Made by a program: the position numbers and the translations under genes. The notes below the pieces were generated by a model. It worked only from the letters and a program-made list of their open reading frames with translations. It ran no database searches and was not told where the DNA came from. A stretch of DNA of 62,801 nucleotides, counting the filler, from Sphacelaria rigidula (taxonomy: Eukaryota): assembly GCA_964200075.2 (NCBI GenBank). It is 11 parts of 11 records of this genome, joined end to end, with 100 filler letters (N's around TTAATTAATTAA, not from the genome) between each part and the next. Parts side by side here need not be neighbours in the genome. Positions count along the whole stretch, not along the records: positions 51,466 to 57,083 come from CAXNAA020025809.1; positions 57,184 to 62,801 come from CAXNAA020025810.1; 9 more parts are not named here. One strand, written 5' to 3'. Position 1 is the stretch's first letter, and each line of letters opens with the position of its first letter. Positions 51,366 to 62,801 of this stretch are shown one piece after another.

Positions 51366-51744
51366 NNNNNNNNNNNNNNNNNNNNNNNNNNNNNNNNNNN
51401 NNNNNNNNNTTAATTAATTAANNNNNNNNNNNNNNNNNNNNNNNNNNNNNNNNNNNNNNNNNNNNCGTCACCCTTTTCAGAACGGATGCTCTTCTTGTTG
51501 TGGAGTAATCCAGCTTTGAAATTCGGTCCAGGGGGTGTGCGATGACTGGCACAAATAGGGTACCCCGAGGCTCGGATAGACCGCCTCGCCGTAGTCATGT
51601 GGGGCAGGCGCCTCGAGCGGTGGCTCAAGGCAGTGTGGGGGTTGCGCCCACTACAACCCCTAATCAACTTGGCGCAGTGCACGCTTCGGCCCTAGGTGGA
51701 TAATGAATCATGTGCTGTGCTTGATGGTAGGACAAGACAAACTG

Positions 51745-52161
51745 GCGATATTGGTGCTAATTTACGGCTAAAGATATGATATGATAAGTCGTGTCGGTTC
51801 GATATGTCCGAAAAATATCGCCACCAGTATTTGGAATCGACAATATCGATCGCGATTTTCGGCGATTCCCAGTATCGGAATCGCGAGCTGGTAAGCCGAT
51901 ACTTTCGATACGCAAACTGCCTCTCCCCCCCCCCCCTTTTCAGCCAAAACTGTCCCTCCAACACCCCCCCAACTTGCCCAGCAAATCAAAATAAACCCCA
52001 AAAAAAAAAAATCCAAAAACACAAAAAAAAACCAAAAAAAAAAAAAAAAACGGTTGTTTGGCCATTTTCCGAGTATCGATAAAAATATCGATATCGACGT
52101 ATTTTCGTCGCTATTTGAAAAATCGTACCGAACGTTTTATTCCGTTCGATTCTCAACACTG
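51745..52161. mobile_element. Probable hAT-like MITE remnant with ATCGAT/CGATA subterminal repeats
   Basis: Ends CAACACTG (CAGTGTTG on minus strand); only one end recognised. Confidence 0.45.
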
Positions 52162-52701
52162 ATCCCTACCGATACGCAACCTGTACAAAAACAAATGAAT
52201 GCTCAGGCCGCTTCATACGGCAAACAAAAATCACCGACACGAGCACTTTTCGTACTTTTCTTGCTCAGACTTTTCGTCCGACCGCTTCCCATCAAATAAA
52301 AAATGACGAAAAAATACTCATTAGTTCGAAGACTAGGAATCGACGATCTCAGACAAATATTGATGTTTCCTTGTCTCACCAAAAATCCCAAAAGCACAAA
52401 CACAAAAAAAAACGCCTCGACATGAAGCGTTGGATACCACCTTCCTGTAGTTCACATTTTTTGTCTCGCCTTGCACACACCCCACTCCTCAGTACAACCA
52501 CACAGATATAGAGCTCAGACTGACACTCATCCGATGAGGAACTGCTCGCGGCTGGCCCACTTTTTTTGTTTATGACGTTGGTTTGCCATAAGACGACGGC
52601 TTAAGGCAAACACGCACCACTTGAAGCGAAAGAAAAGAAAAGAAAAATCAAGCGGACAGAAAAAGGGGAGAAGAACAAAAACGATCTCCTTGACCCCTCA
52701 C

Positions 52702-52743
52702 CCTGTTGATGAGGCATTCCTCCTCCGCTTCCACCTGCTGGCT
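52702..52743 (-). CDS. Exon of a CCDC6/DUF2046-like coiled-coil gene (SQQVEAEEECLINR)
   Basis: TTCCAG| 42 bp |GTGAGG, phase 0; continues the 55628-55723 exon in frame. Confidence 0.75.
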
Positions 52744-53695
52744 CTGGAACACGCCACACCACCATCATCACCGTACCACCGTGCCGAGCAGTCATCATCC
52801 AAATCATCCCCGTCACGAGCCGCGATAATCAGCACCGGACGCCGGTTCCATGAAATGTAGGCAGACGCAACACAGACGAGGAAGGGGAAAAAACATGAAT
52901 TGCGAAAAATATAGACGATAACAAATCTAACCGAATAGAATAGTATAGAAAAGAATCGGATCGGATCGAAACCTCGCCGTGTGTTTGAGTAAAGCGGATT
53001 GACGCGTTGACCGACCTCAATCGGCACACGGAGAAAAAAGAAACTGATCAAGTAACTCTCCTGTCTCTCCTATCTCCCTCTTTCTCCCTGTCTCTGCCTA
53101 TCTCTCCCCCTCTCTCTCACGATGATCGAGACCGCAGTTGGTACCAACCCGTACACAGTAAGCGTCGGACGTGCCGAGTCGCAGGAGATCACGGCACAGT
53201 ACAGTCGGCACGTGACCATACCGCACCATCACCGCACTACAGGGACAGCCCTGTCTGTACACACAGTACAGTGCAACGGAGCACTGTGTCGACTCTCGCC
53301 TGGATATTCTATGCTACTCGTGTTCTCACGCTTTGAACGGCAGGAACCACCAGACTACGGGAAAAAAAGGATTCCGTATCAAACATCCGTTACAACCGGC
53401 TATCGGCGCGCCAAATACATCCCCTAGATACTTTTTCTTTTCTTTCTCCTTGTACCCTACGCGCATAGCCGCGGGGATGCAATATGTTCAAGTCCGATGC
53501 TTTCATATACATGGAGTACTGAACACGTGTTGTGATACAAGAAGAAACAACAAAAGAGAGAGTCCAACAACAACGGGCAACAGCCGAAAAGGGGGTTTCC
53601 ATCCTCTGGCCCTAAAAATGCACAACAGGGGGTATCCCCCGCCCCTAAATTGGGCCAAAATGGGTGTCCTCTCCCCCCCCCCTTCCCTCCCCCCG

Positions 53696-54230
53696 ATGGG
53701 GTTGGCGTCGGTTGGCGATGACGCTATAAAACACGCCACTCACTGCGTAAGCTAGGCAACCAGATTGCCAGATTCTTTTGCGCGCTTGATTTATTTTGCG
53801 GTAACCACGATAGTATTCGAGCTAGATTATGTTGTGCGGCGTGGGAGAAGCTCAACTCCGCATAATGGGGATGATCGTTCTACGTAGTGTTGATATGGTG
53901 GGACACCCATGAGGCAGTGTATAAGTCGTGGCTGTCTCTGGAAGTGGTCATGTCAGAAAATAGCACAACTCATTGTAGGCTGTCATCCAAATGCAACATA
54001 ATCAGTACGCTTCAGGCCGAACAATCTTAGCAGGATGAAGCTCATCCTTCATGCGACTCGCCAAACACCACGGCGCTTCGCGCTGGGTGATTGAGTGCGA
54101 GCCTGGTACGGCGAAAACCCGGCGTGCTCCGTCTCGGCTTTGTAGGGATGCGAGGCCAATGGTCTTATGTAGAGATGCGAAGCCAACGGTCTCATGACTA
54201 CGGTCTGCATGATCATGAGTACACCCCCCC
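53696..54230 (+). mobile_element. Full-length polyC-L repeat with a small internal duplication near the 3' end
   Basis: CCCCCCG|ATGGGGTTGGCG...GATCATGAGTACACCCCCCC. Confidence 0.85.
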
Positions 54231-54269
54231 ACCCCACCCCTACCCGTAAATCCGGCTAACAGGGGGGGG

Positions 54270-54335
54270 GGGCGTACTCATTTGTTGCTTGCCTTAGTCA
54301 TTTGACCATTGACCACGCATCCCTTTCGAGACGGA
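54270..54335 (-). repeat. polyC-S repeat copy, tail-to-tail with polyC-L
   Basis: GGGGGGGCGTACTCATTTGTTGCTTGCCTTAGTC...CCCTTTCGAGACGG. Confidence 0.85.
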
Positions 54336-54687
54336 GCACCGTTCCTACAGGGGGGGTACCTCGTCCCCCGTTCCCCAACCTCTCACACTCTGGCCTGGAA
54401 GGAGTATACCAAGCGTGTCCTGAATAAGTACGATTATCCTGTCACAATATACTTTCTTTCTGTCAACTGCAGCTGCGGTCTCATCATCCACATACCCACA
54501 CCCGAAATTTGCGCAGCAATTTACATGCACGTGGGCGAGATTGAATCTTGCTGTCAAGGATGCAGTTTCCGTGACGTGCCAAAAGCGGCAGGAGTCTGTT
54601 TTGATGCTCAGGATTCATGTATGCTTTGCTGGATCGATGATCTCCGACAGCGGGCACGAAAAACAGGTCCCGGCAGCGGGTGCCGAA

Positions 54688-54910
54688 ACAAAATGGGCGA
54701 AATCGAGCACATGTATTGTGGCTCGTAGAAAACGTCGTTGACATCCCGGGACCAAAGACACAAACAGATGTACTGTATACCGTCCCTCGCCGCCCCAGCA
54801 CAAAATGGACAAAAACGGGTACATGTAGTGTAGCTCGTAGAAAAGGTCAACATCCCGGGACGAAATATACGAACAGGTTTACAGTAAGTATACCGTACCT
54901 GGCCGTCCCG
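54688..54910. repeat. ~110-bp tandem duplication
   Basis: ACAAAATGG..ACATGTA.TGT.GCTCGTAGAAAA..ACATCCCGGGAC..GTATACCGT occurs twice. Confidence 0.75.
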
Positions 54911-55401
54911 GGGTCATTTTTAGGGTACATATACAGGGACACCTCTTTCTATAGTTACACCCGAAATCCTGCAGGTAACTAACAAAAAGTACCATTACTC
55001 GTCCCCGGCTCGTTTTCTTCCTTCCAATCTCCTGGAAGTGCATACACGCGAGCATGGACACGAGTCGAATAACAAGCAACACTGGGACCGAAGCCCATAA
55101 GAGGTGGGCAGCGCGAGCACTACGCCAAGTTGACGGGGGGGGGGGGGGAAGGGGTTGTGGGACCAACTCCCACACGGCCTCGAGCAAAAGCTTTCCGAAC
55201 GCTCGAGGCGCCCACCTACCCCACATGACTGCCGTAAGGCGTTCTACCCGAGCCTCCCGGTACTCAGCACGCGAACCCGTTCGAGGGGTCAAGTGTTGGG
55301 TCAGGTTTCCTCCTTCCTTCAGGGAACGAAAAGTAACGTTGCGTGTACTCAGCGAACCACAACGGGAGCGTACTCAAATTCTTCTCTATTTTTTGCGGTG
55401 G

Positions 55402-55406
<5 letters not shown>

Positions 55407-55441
<35 letters not shown>

Positions 55442-55481
55442 GATAAGATAAGATAAGATAAGATAAGATAAGATAAGATAA
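55407..55481 (+). repeat. (AG)n plus (AGATA)n microsatellites
   Basis: Direct reading. Confidence 0.95.
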
Positions 55482-55627
55482 AATAAAACGCAGGTCACGG
55501 TTAACCTAATCAAAGTGGCCAGACACGACGGGGTGCATACAACATACGGTATTCTGAACATCGCTCGTCTCCCCCCCTCCCCCCGAAAAAAAAGCACAAG
55601 AATGCAAAACGCAAAATGGGAACTTAC

Positions 55628-55723
55628 AATCTCCACCGCAGACTTGCGCACCCTCAGGAGCTCGTCTTCGAGGTGGGCGTTTTTGTGTTTCTCCACCAGC
55701 AGCTCTCGCCGCAGCGCCGACAC
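55628..55723 (-). CDS. Exon of a CCDC6/DUF2046-like gene (VSALRRELLVEKHKNAHLEDELLRVRKSAVEI)
   Basis: GTGTAG| 96 bp |GTAAGT, phase 0; heptad pattern. Confidence 0.8.
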
Positions 55724-55856
55724 CTACACAGACATAATAGTGCAGTCGTCAGCGTTATCCCACCCGCCCGCCAAAGTTGAAACAACAAGAGGAGCAGAGA
55801 AGTAGCGAGAATCAAAAACGCTCAATGAAACAGTGATACATACTGTCACAATAATA

Positions 55857-56322
55857 CACACCCTGGACAATAGACGGCATCGATTGCGATAGCAATGTAA
55901 TCTGCTGCAGTAGATGCCAATATTATCGTCCGTAATGGCCATCGATCGGCAAGTTTCTCTTTCTGTTGTCGTTGGCGATGTCTATCTATAGTCCAGTTCC
56001 CCACACTTTGTCCGGGGAGCAGTCTGTTGTGGCCCTACACCGAAATCTATGGCGACCGACCAAACGTATCGATCGCTAGTTTTCCGAATCTATTGATGAC
56101 GGCAATGGCTATCGATAGAGCGGGTGCCGAATCTATTGATGACGTCAAAGGCTATTGACAGATTGTATACCAAATCTATTGATGACAGCAATAGCTATTG
56201 ATAGATTGCGTATGAATTTATGCATGGCGGCAATGAATATCGATCGATACAGTGTACATCGTACCAGAATCTACTGTGGTATCCAATGCCTACCGGTAGA
56301 TATTCTCTGTCGTCTATTGCCA
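55857..56322. mobile_element. Longer relative of the CACACCCTGG MITE family with internal 43-bp repeats
   Basis: Starts CACACCCTGGACAATAGAC; CC.AATCTATTGATGAC at 56084, 56127, 56170; right end degenerate. Confidence 0.55.
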
Positions 56323-56420
56323 CACTTACATCGCAACATACCACGTATAGAGCATATTATACTTCGTTAAGGTACGGTAGAGAAGCCGCAGGTGGACATG
56401 CAGTGGGTCTATAATGATAC

Positions 56421-56670
56421 CATACGTCGGACGAGCACGAGTGTGACTCGTGGCACTCGCACTCGTTGGGCTGCTCGTTGGCCGAAAAATGAATAGGGCG
56501 AGCACTCGAGTCATTGCTCGTTGCGGAAAAAGGTGATGGCTTGAACACACGAGTCATTGCTCGTTGTAAAAAAAAGTAATGACTCGAGCGCACGAGTCAT
56601 GCTCGTTGTGTTTTCGAAAAACATCCACGAGTGCACTCGTCTCGACGAGTGATGACTCGTCCGACGTATG
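56421..56670. mobile_element. 250-bp MITE, perfect 15-bp TIR CATACGTCGGACGAG, 8-bp TSD A(A/G)TGATAC (P/hAT-like)
   Basis: TSD at 56413-56420 and 56671-56678; internal CTCGT/ACGAG repeats. Confidence 0.88.
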
Positions 56671-56954
56671 AGTGATACTACTTGTGAATACATTATATGA
56701 CATCACGTTGCTACAATTTTGGAACGCTTGTATTTTGTAGGAATCCGCAATATGTGTGGACAAAAGTTGACAAGTTTTGATGTTGGTGTGGTGTTGGTAC
56801 TTATGAGTGTCCCTTATGATTGTCCCTCTGATGGACATGAGCGCTTACAGTACTTTCGTGTGTGGGTGAGATATGCTTACACCCTGGACAATAGACTATG
56901 TAATGGAACATTGGCGCTTCAATAGCCCCGAACATTTGTCTGCCAATGTTCACT

Positions 56955-57062
56955 GTGTTGTGTGTTATGCGTTGTCGTCCCATTTATTCTGGGCACCAGT
57001 CTGCACCTTTCGGTGTATGTGGGTGCATCAGCCGGGGTCACACAGGAGGAAGGAACACAGGG
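56955..57062 (-). mobile_element. SINE 3' fragment
   Basis: GTCCCATTTATTCTGGGCACCAGTCTGCACCTTTCGG..CAGCCGGGGTCACACAGGAGG. Confidence 0.8.
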
Positions 57063-58289
57063 GCTTTTTCTTTTTTATTTGTTNNNNNNNNNNNNNNNNN
57101 NNNNNNNNNNNNNNNNNNNNNNNNNNNTTAATTAATTAANNNNNNNNNNNNNNNNNNNNNNNNNNNNNNNNNNNNNNNNNNNNGGGCACACGTCTAAAGG
57201 CACCAAACAGCCGAGTCCCCCCCCCCCCCTCCCCCCTCCCCCGCCTTCCGACGGAAATACGTATTTCATGTTGCCAGGTAGACGCAGCGCTGAGGGAAGG
57301 CAGCGCGGCGTCCTTACAAGGAGAGGAGAGACTCAAGATGGGAAACGCGGTAAGAGAGAGCGCGGCAGAATAAGCACCCGGTCGACAGCCACGATGGCAC
57401 CATCTTTAATATATACCAGTGGTAAGCCACGGCTGACGCACGTGGTAGCAGTGCCGCAATTGTCCCGCGGCCGGCCTGGGGTGGAGCAATGCTACGGTAG
57501 GGGTGCACTTTTTGCGCGAGATCTTACCTAGTTCAGGGGCTCCTAAGGATTCTAGATGCACAAGAATATGGATCAGGGCATCCCCGTTTGCAAATTCATT
57601 CGGGACATTTATCCCCAGCATATTCGAGTAGTAATCCTGGCGTACTCTCTCACATATTTCCATAACTCGCGTTTTGCTTGAGATAAAAGGGCTTCTAAGA
57701 ATTCTAACCTCAAAAAATGTTTGTCCACCCCTACCTTATGGCATCTCTCGCTGCGTGAAGGTTTTGAAGAACGTAGCGAAAAACAAACCGATGGTCCTGG
57801 CTCTATAACCATAGTTTATCGATATAAGATAGGAACTTCCAATGCCACGGCTAACCGTGACCACTACGAAAGAAGAAGGGAGGCATTGCCGTTAGAGATG
57901 CCAACGAGTGCGCGCGCGGGGAGGGGCGGGGGGGGAGTGTTGGCCCCCGAAATGATATGCTTCTGCCATACTTTGAAAAGCCTCTAGCTCAGGACGAAGG
58001 GAGGCATGGGTGTCCCAGATGAACATCCACCTGGGATACACATTTAGGATATCAGATTCATCTGGGATGTGCGTTCGGGATGCGGACATCTCTTCGGAAC
58101 GTCTAGAATATGAACCTCCACATTCACCAGCGATGTCCATACCCTGGGTGGATGTCCAAGATAGATCCGATAACCTCGGGTGTATGTTCGAGATGGATGC
58201 CGACATCTAAGATGGATATCCATCTGCGATAGAGCAGCCATCGCTTGAACGGGGGGAATTGTGTTTTTCATATATTTTCGTAGTTGGCG

Positions 58290-59345
58290 ATTTTACAGTG
58301 GAACGTTTTGATCCAACAGTCTGAGGATCGGGAGACACTAGGATCCGCTCCACACCCCGAAAATGAAATTATGTCTGCACTCAACATTGAACGACTCCTG
58401 GGCTGACCGGCCCTCGAGGGTCTTGTGACCACACAGCCCCAGGTTCTGATTCTTCGTGTTTTTTTGCTCCGTTGTACCAACAGCGATCGTTGTAGTGAAC
58501 AATTACCAAACGCCATTGTCCAGCTTCCACCTATTCGTTACTCTCCAACCGAAAACTTGTGTGTTCTTCGGACTGTTGACGGTCGTTTACACTCCCCTGA
58601 TAAACGAAGCCTTTTCTCCGTATCCTCCCGACGGCACCAACATGGGGATTACGTCCTGAGTAACACCCGCTTTTCCCCGCAATATGTAGCAGCACTCGGA
58701 CTTTCAAGGTCTGAGGAAGAATACTATGCAAGAATATTAAAGACAAAATACCCAACCGCGGAAACTGCGCAACCGAGTTGTATACAGTACTGCACAGACG
58801 GGTGGCCCAATCTTGATCGTTCCCGTGAATAGCTTCATAGGTCCCATTGCTTGAATTTCCACCTACAGAGTCGAAAATAAATGTGGCTTAGACCAAAAAC
58901 GGTCGATCACCATCCCGGTCAACTACTGCAGTCGGATATTTGATAGAGACTGGGAAAACTGAGGGCCATGCCCGGGATAAAATCCCCAGTTGGCGGTATT
59001 GTTGGGGTGATACGGAGTGAGGACCTCGCTCATGAGAGGAGTGTTAGTGACCGTTACGGGTCCGAACACACAGTTGTTCGGCTCTGGCGCAATGGAAAGG
59101 TAGCAATTGTTTTCAAGTGCTTTACATGTGTTCGCTGTAACGGCCGAGATTAGGCCAATCAAGCAAAACAAACCCGAAGAGCCAGAACCTAGGATTGTTG
59201 TGTTGTCCCAAGACCCCCGATGATCGTTCAGCCTGTAAGTCGTTCAAAATATTATCGAGTACAGGAATGACTTTCTTTTCGGAATATGGAGCAGGCGCTA
59301 GTATCTCCCGTGATCTCGAAACATTGGGATGAAACATTGACTGCG
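58290..59345. repeat. Old diverged inverted repeat, ~390-bp arms (58290-58680 / 58950-59345)
   Basis: CGGGAGACACTAGGATCCGCTCCACACCCCGAAAA versus reverse complement CGGGAGATACTAGCGCCTGCTCCATATTCCGAAAA; colinear similarity continues. Confidence 0.75.
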
Positions 59346-61429
59346 ATGAGCGGTGGCACACAAACATACTGTGAAAAATCGTCAACGACAAAAAAAATAT
59401 CGGACAATTTATACAGCCGTTTCGACGCGTAACAACTGTATCCGCATCCCGCGCCTCAAGGACGAGTCCATAGTCTTGAGGAACCAACCCAACTTTTCAG
59501 CGGTACACGCCTCGCATTCTGATGTCGCGGAGTGAATCAGCACTCCCGCATCCTCTCGACCTTCGTGCAGTTTGATGCGTCACGTTTTCACTCTCCCGAG
59601 CGACAAAAATGCAGATCGTATCCGAAGATTTGTTGTCGGGATTCGAACGGACGACCTCCGCCCGGATTTGCGTCGGGGTACAAATTTGTTCATATACGGG
59701 ATTTTTTTTTTTATCTAAATTTGCTGTGGGTGCGGATGGCGGACGCAGTTGAGCCTTCAAAACCCTCTGGAAGAGTGTGCATTCGAACTGCTCTTCGCTC
59801 TCTCCTGTGAAAAATATCTCATGCAATAAATACTTCATCAACGCGGCAGTTGGATCCCCCTCTTGGCACGCGCGAAAACACAGGCCCTGTCTTCCACTGA
59901 CGAGTATCGCTCGTAGAACGGATTTTGATCATTCCGTGATAAAGACAGAGCGTTGACCGAACGTTCGTGAATCGCTACCACGTACGCGCGTAGTCGACCC
60001 GGAGAAAATAAGATTGTGTAGTGGTGAAACAATCAGGCTTCTGTTGACCTTTGACAATACGCGTTATGTTTCCCCTCGGCAGAAACACCACGGTTGACCC
60101 GACCATGTTGTCACAAAACAAGCCCTTGGCGCCCTCCACCCGCTCGTGTTAACAATCTTCCCGCGTGATAGTTGAGGCAAAAACAGGAATTCCTGGCGAG
60201 GGTTATCAGGAGATATATCCCGTCCCCCATCTTGTACGTGTGCGAGGCGGAAGGGAGCGGCTGGTTCTCCCAGATAGATCGCGTGGCGGTGATATTCGTC
60301 AACATCGAAATCAAGGGCCTTCCCGGCATGGATGTCATGCAGAATGTCTTTATCGTGAGTCGTTCTCTAGCCGCTTGACCGTTTTGGAACCGTTGATGGA
60401 CAAGTGACGATCTACAAACTCCCATGATATGTGAGCTTTTGTCACCAGAAAAACGTCACTTCAAGTTCGGTGCACGAATCTGTCACATGAGTATACTTGA
60501 ACTTAGAGTGGTGCACCGTTCTGGTGGGCTGCATGATCAACACACGCAGAAAAAAGAACCATACCTCGCCGAAGGAATCGTCAATTGTAAATCGCCACTT
60601 TCCCATCAACGATTCCGAAAGAGTTAACAACCAGATGTGCAGAGTCGATCGCGGTGCCGGATGTGAGCAGAAAAGAGCCAACTCAGACTCTGACATCACG
60701 CCCCCGCTTAACCGTTTGCACTTGTTGGAGCGCCCGTGAGGTTTTGGTAATGCAACGTAACACCATCGCCCAGGTGTTGACCTCTGATAGAATCAGTACG
60801 CTACCCTAGCTAGCTGCCCCGCAGCAGTTGTTGATGTGTCCTGCTCGTACCCTTTTGACCGCCAACGGGAGAAGCAGCATTCATTTTCAAGATTTCAGGT
60901 ATTCGAGTAATAGAGGAGGGCGATCCGACGAATCACCCACCACCACCTTCACGCGGATAAACGATTGAGTCTTAAGACGTGAAGTATAGTAGTGTGGTTA
61001 CGTAGAATATCGCTGCACCGGATTTAATCCTCAACAGCCCACGTTTCAGTGAATATGGTCCACGTTTTATTTGTTGAAGGTAAACATTTCAGCTTGACAG
61101 TTCTTTTGAGGAAGTTTGCTCCTGACGCAAAGATTCCGAATGCGTGGCGGGTTGGTTAAACGAAGACGGTTGTTGTTTCGCAACTGCTCTCCGCACAACA
61201 TGCACCAGGTGTGAACGTTGTGCTCGGCAAAACCGAAGACAAGCTCGTGGTGTTTATCTGAAAAACTCTGATTGCTTCGGTATTACGTGGAGTGGTTGTC
61301 GAATACCCGCCGATTTTAACCAGAAACGATGCTGGGCAGACGGCAATATCGAGACATACCTAGATATATTTTCAGCTCACAGCCAGATGTCAGATGCCCC
61401 ACATAACAAGAACGTTCAATTTCAGACCG

Positions 61430-62670
61430 TTGTCATCGGTCGAAACAGCCGCTTAGCTCATGATGGCGACAAAGGCCAGAGGTATGACTGTTTCCGCCGT
61501 CTGTTCTCCCATAGACATGCTTACTATACCTTGCCGACTCTCCGAACCTGGTGGAAGTCGTACCTGTTCCCGGCGGGTCTAAGGAAGCGGGAACGGCGTA
61601 GTACCGCGGTTGCGACATTGAAAACACCACGATAGTCGCGAGCCCCTGACCGCTTCCTGTCATGTTCAGATGGTCGTATACCCCTGAGCAAAACGCGTTC
61701 CGACCTCCGACAGCCATGCGACTGCTCGTGTTGGGCGTTTGTGCGTCGTGGCGTGGGTCTGCACGCGATAGGAACAGCCCGTGCAACAGACAAGAAGTAA
61801 CGCGTCCAAGCTGTGACAGGGAGTACCAAATAGATTCAAAAAGAGCCATGCGTATCAGCGCTACGACGGAACTTCCGCCGTCGTCCCCTGCCCACCCCCA
61901 CGCAAAGACGAGTACCGGTGTTCCCCATTCGTCCGTGAGTCGGAGGTATGCTTGATGTGCTAGACAATCGTCAGAGGGTTTTCGGAGGTTGCTGATCTTT
62001 GCAAATGAGACTCGTGCGAAGACTACACGAAACGGTGACTTTTGGTCTTCCTACTCTAAACATGCCATGGCGTATGTGATCTTCGTAGCGGGCAGCTTGT
62101 GCGCGTTCTCCGTTGGAACGAAGCGGTCGAAATGCCGGCTAGCTCAGGAGTTCACCCGCGGCGCACGGAAGATGGGGGCGCACTGGTTATCGTGTTTGCG
62201 TGGAGGTGGGCGGAGGGGCTAGGCCGGTGCCGCTGGCGTAGAGCTGATACGCATGACTCTTTTGACATTGTTTGGTATTCTCTGTCGCTGCGTACACCTG
62301 TTCCTGCTTGTCTGTACACGGGCTGTTTATTGCGTGCGAAACCCGCCACGCCGGGGAAACGTCAGCGCAAAACGTCGCTCGGCTTTCGGAAATCGGGACA
62401 AACATGTCACCTTCGGGGGGAATTTGGACGGTATAAACGGTTGCGAGAAGCGATTGACAGTGCGTGACTAGTGTGATGTTGTCTGTTGCAACAGCAGGGT
62501 TATGATATTCCCGCTCTGTGAGACCTGCCGCGAACAGGTGCGATTCCGCCAGGTTCAGTGCAACTACCAAGGTTCGGTAAGTATACCTGTGCCAGAGGCG
62601 GCGGCGGAAACAGTAATGTCGGTGGTCATTTTCGTTACTATCCTGAAAGTGGCTGCTTCGGCAGATGGCG
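61430..62670. repeat. Old diverged inverted repeat, ~500-bp arms (61430-61935 / 62150-62670)
   Basis: Shared ACTGTTTCCGCCG, GAACCTGG.GGAA.TCG.ACCTGTTC, AACAGCCCGTG, CAAAAGAG.CATGCGTATCAGC.CTACG on opposite strands. Confidence 0.8.
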
Positions 62671-62739
62671 GGATCTGAAGTGGAACGCCTTTCGAGTGAT
62701 CCTACGATAGCGGGAGGGGGGGGCTATGATAGCCGGAAG

Positions 62740-62801
62740 GAGGTGTACTCGTGTTCATGTATGCCATTGCCATAAGACCACTGACCTCGCATCCCTACAA
62801 T
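62740..62801 (-). mobile_element. polyC-L 3' end, cut by window end
   Basis: GGTGTACTC..ATGCC...ATAAGACCACTGACCTCGCATCCCTACAA. Confidence 0.7.

Noticed and set aside
57527..57812. Exon on the minus strand ending at a G|GTAAG donor
   Set aside because: Needs a frameshift to join the two ORFs and has no recognisable homology; left unannotated.
59893..59920. Hammerhead ribozyme core (CTGACGAG)
   Set aside because: No appropriately placed GAAA or stems; other CTGATGA hits (1586, 9424, 20667) also fail.

Overview
This window is not one locus. It is 11 unrelated contigs of 5618-5619 bp, joined by identical 100-bp artificial spacers (44 N + TTAATTAATTAA + 44 N). The content is repeat-rich eukaryotic nuclear DNA, most consistent with a brown alga (Phaeophyceae); this is an inference from repeat types, poly-C/G tracts and short exons in long introns. 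Recognisable coding remnants are: a degraded Ty1/copia element in permuted pol-PPT-LTR-PBS-gag order; the integrase-chromodomain end of a Ty3/gypsy element followed by a gag-like ORF1 of probably another retroelement; and two exons of a CCDC6 (DUF2046)-like coiled-coil gene. The rest is a tRNA-derived SINE family, two poly-C-flanked repeat families sharing a 3' ATGAGTAC end, many MITEs with readable TIRs and TSDs (TA, 4-bp and 8-bp, including a triple nesting), an 84/168-bp higher-order satellite, and old diverged long inverted repeats. No prokaryotic operon, CRISPR array or intact novel multi-gene system is supported. The best novelty candidates are the poly-C-associated retroposons, the AACA-ended foldback elements with 4-bp TSDs, and the single-LTR copia junction. 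Identities were judged by eye only.
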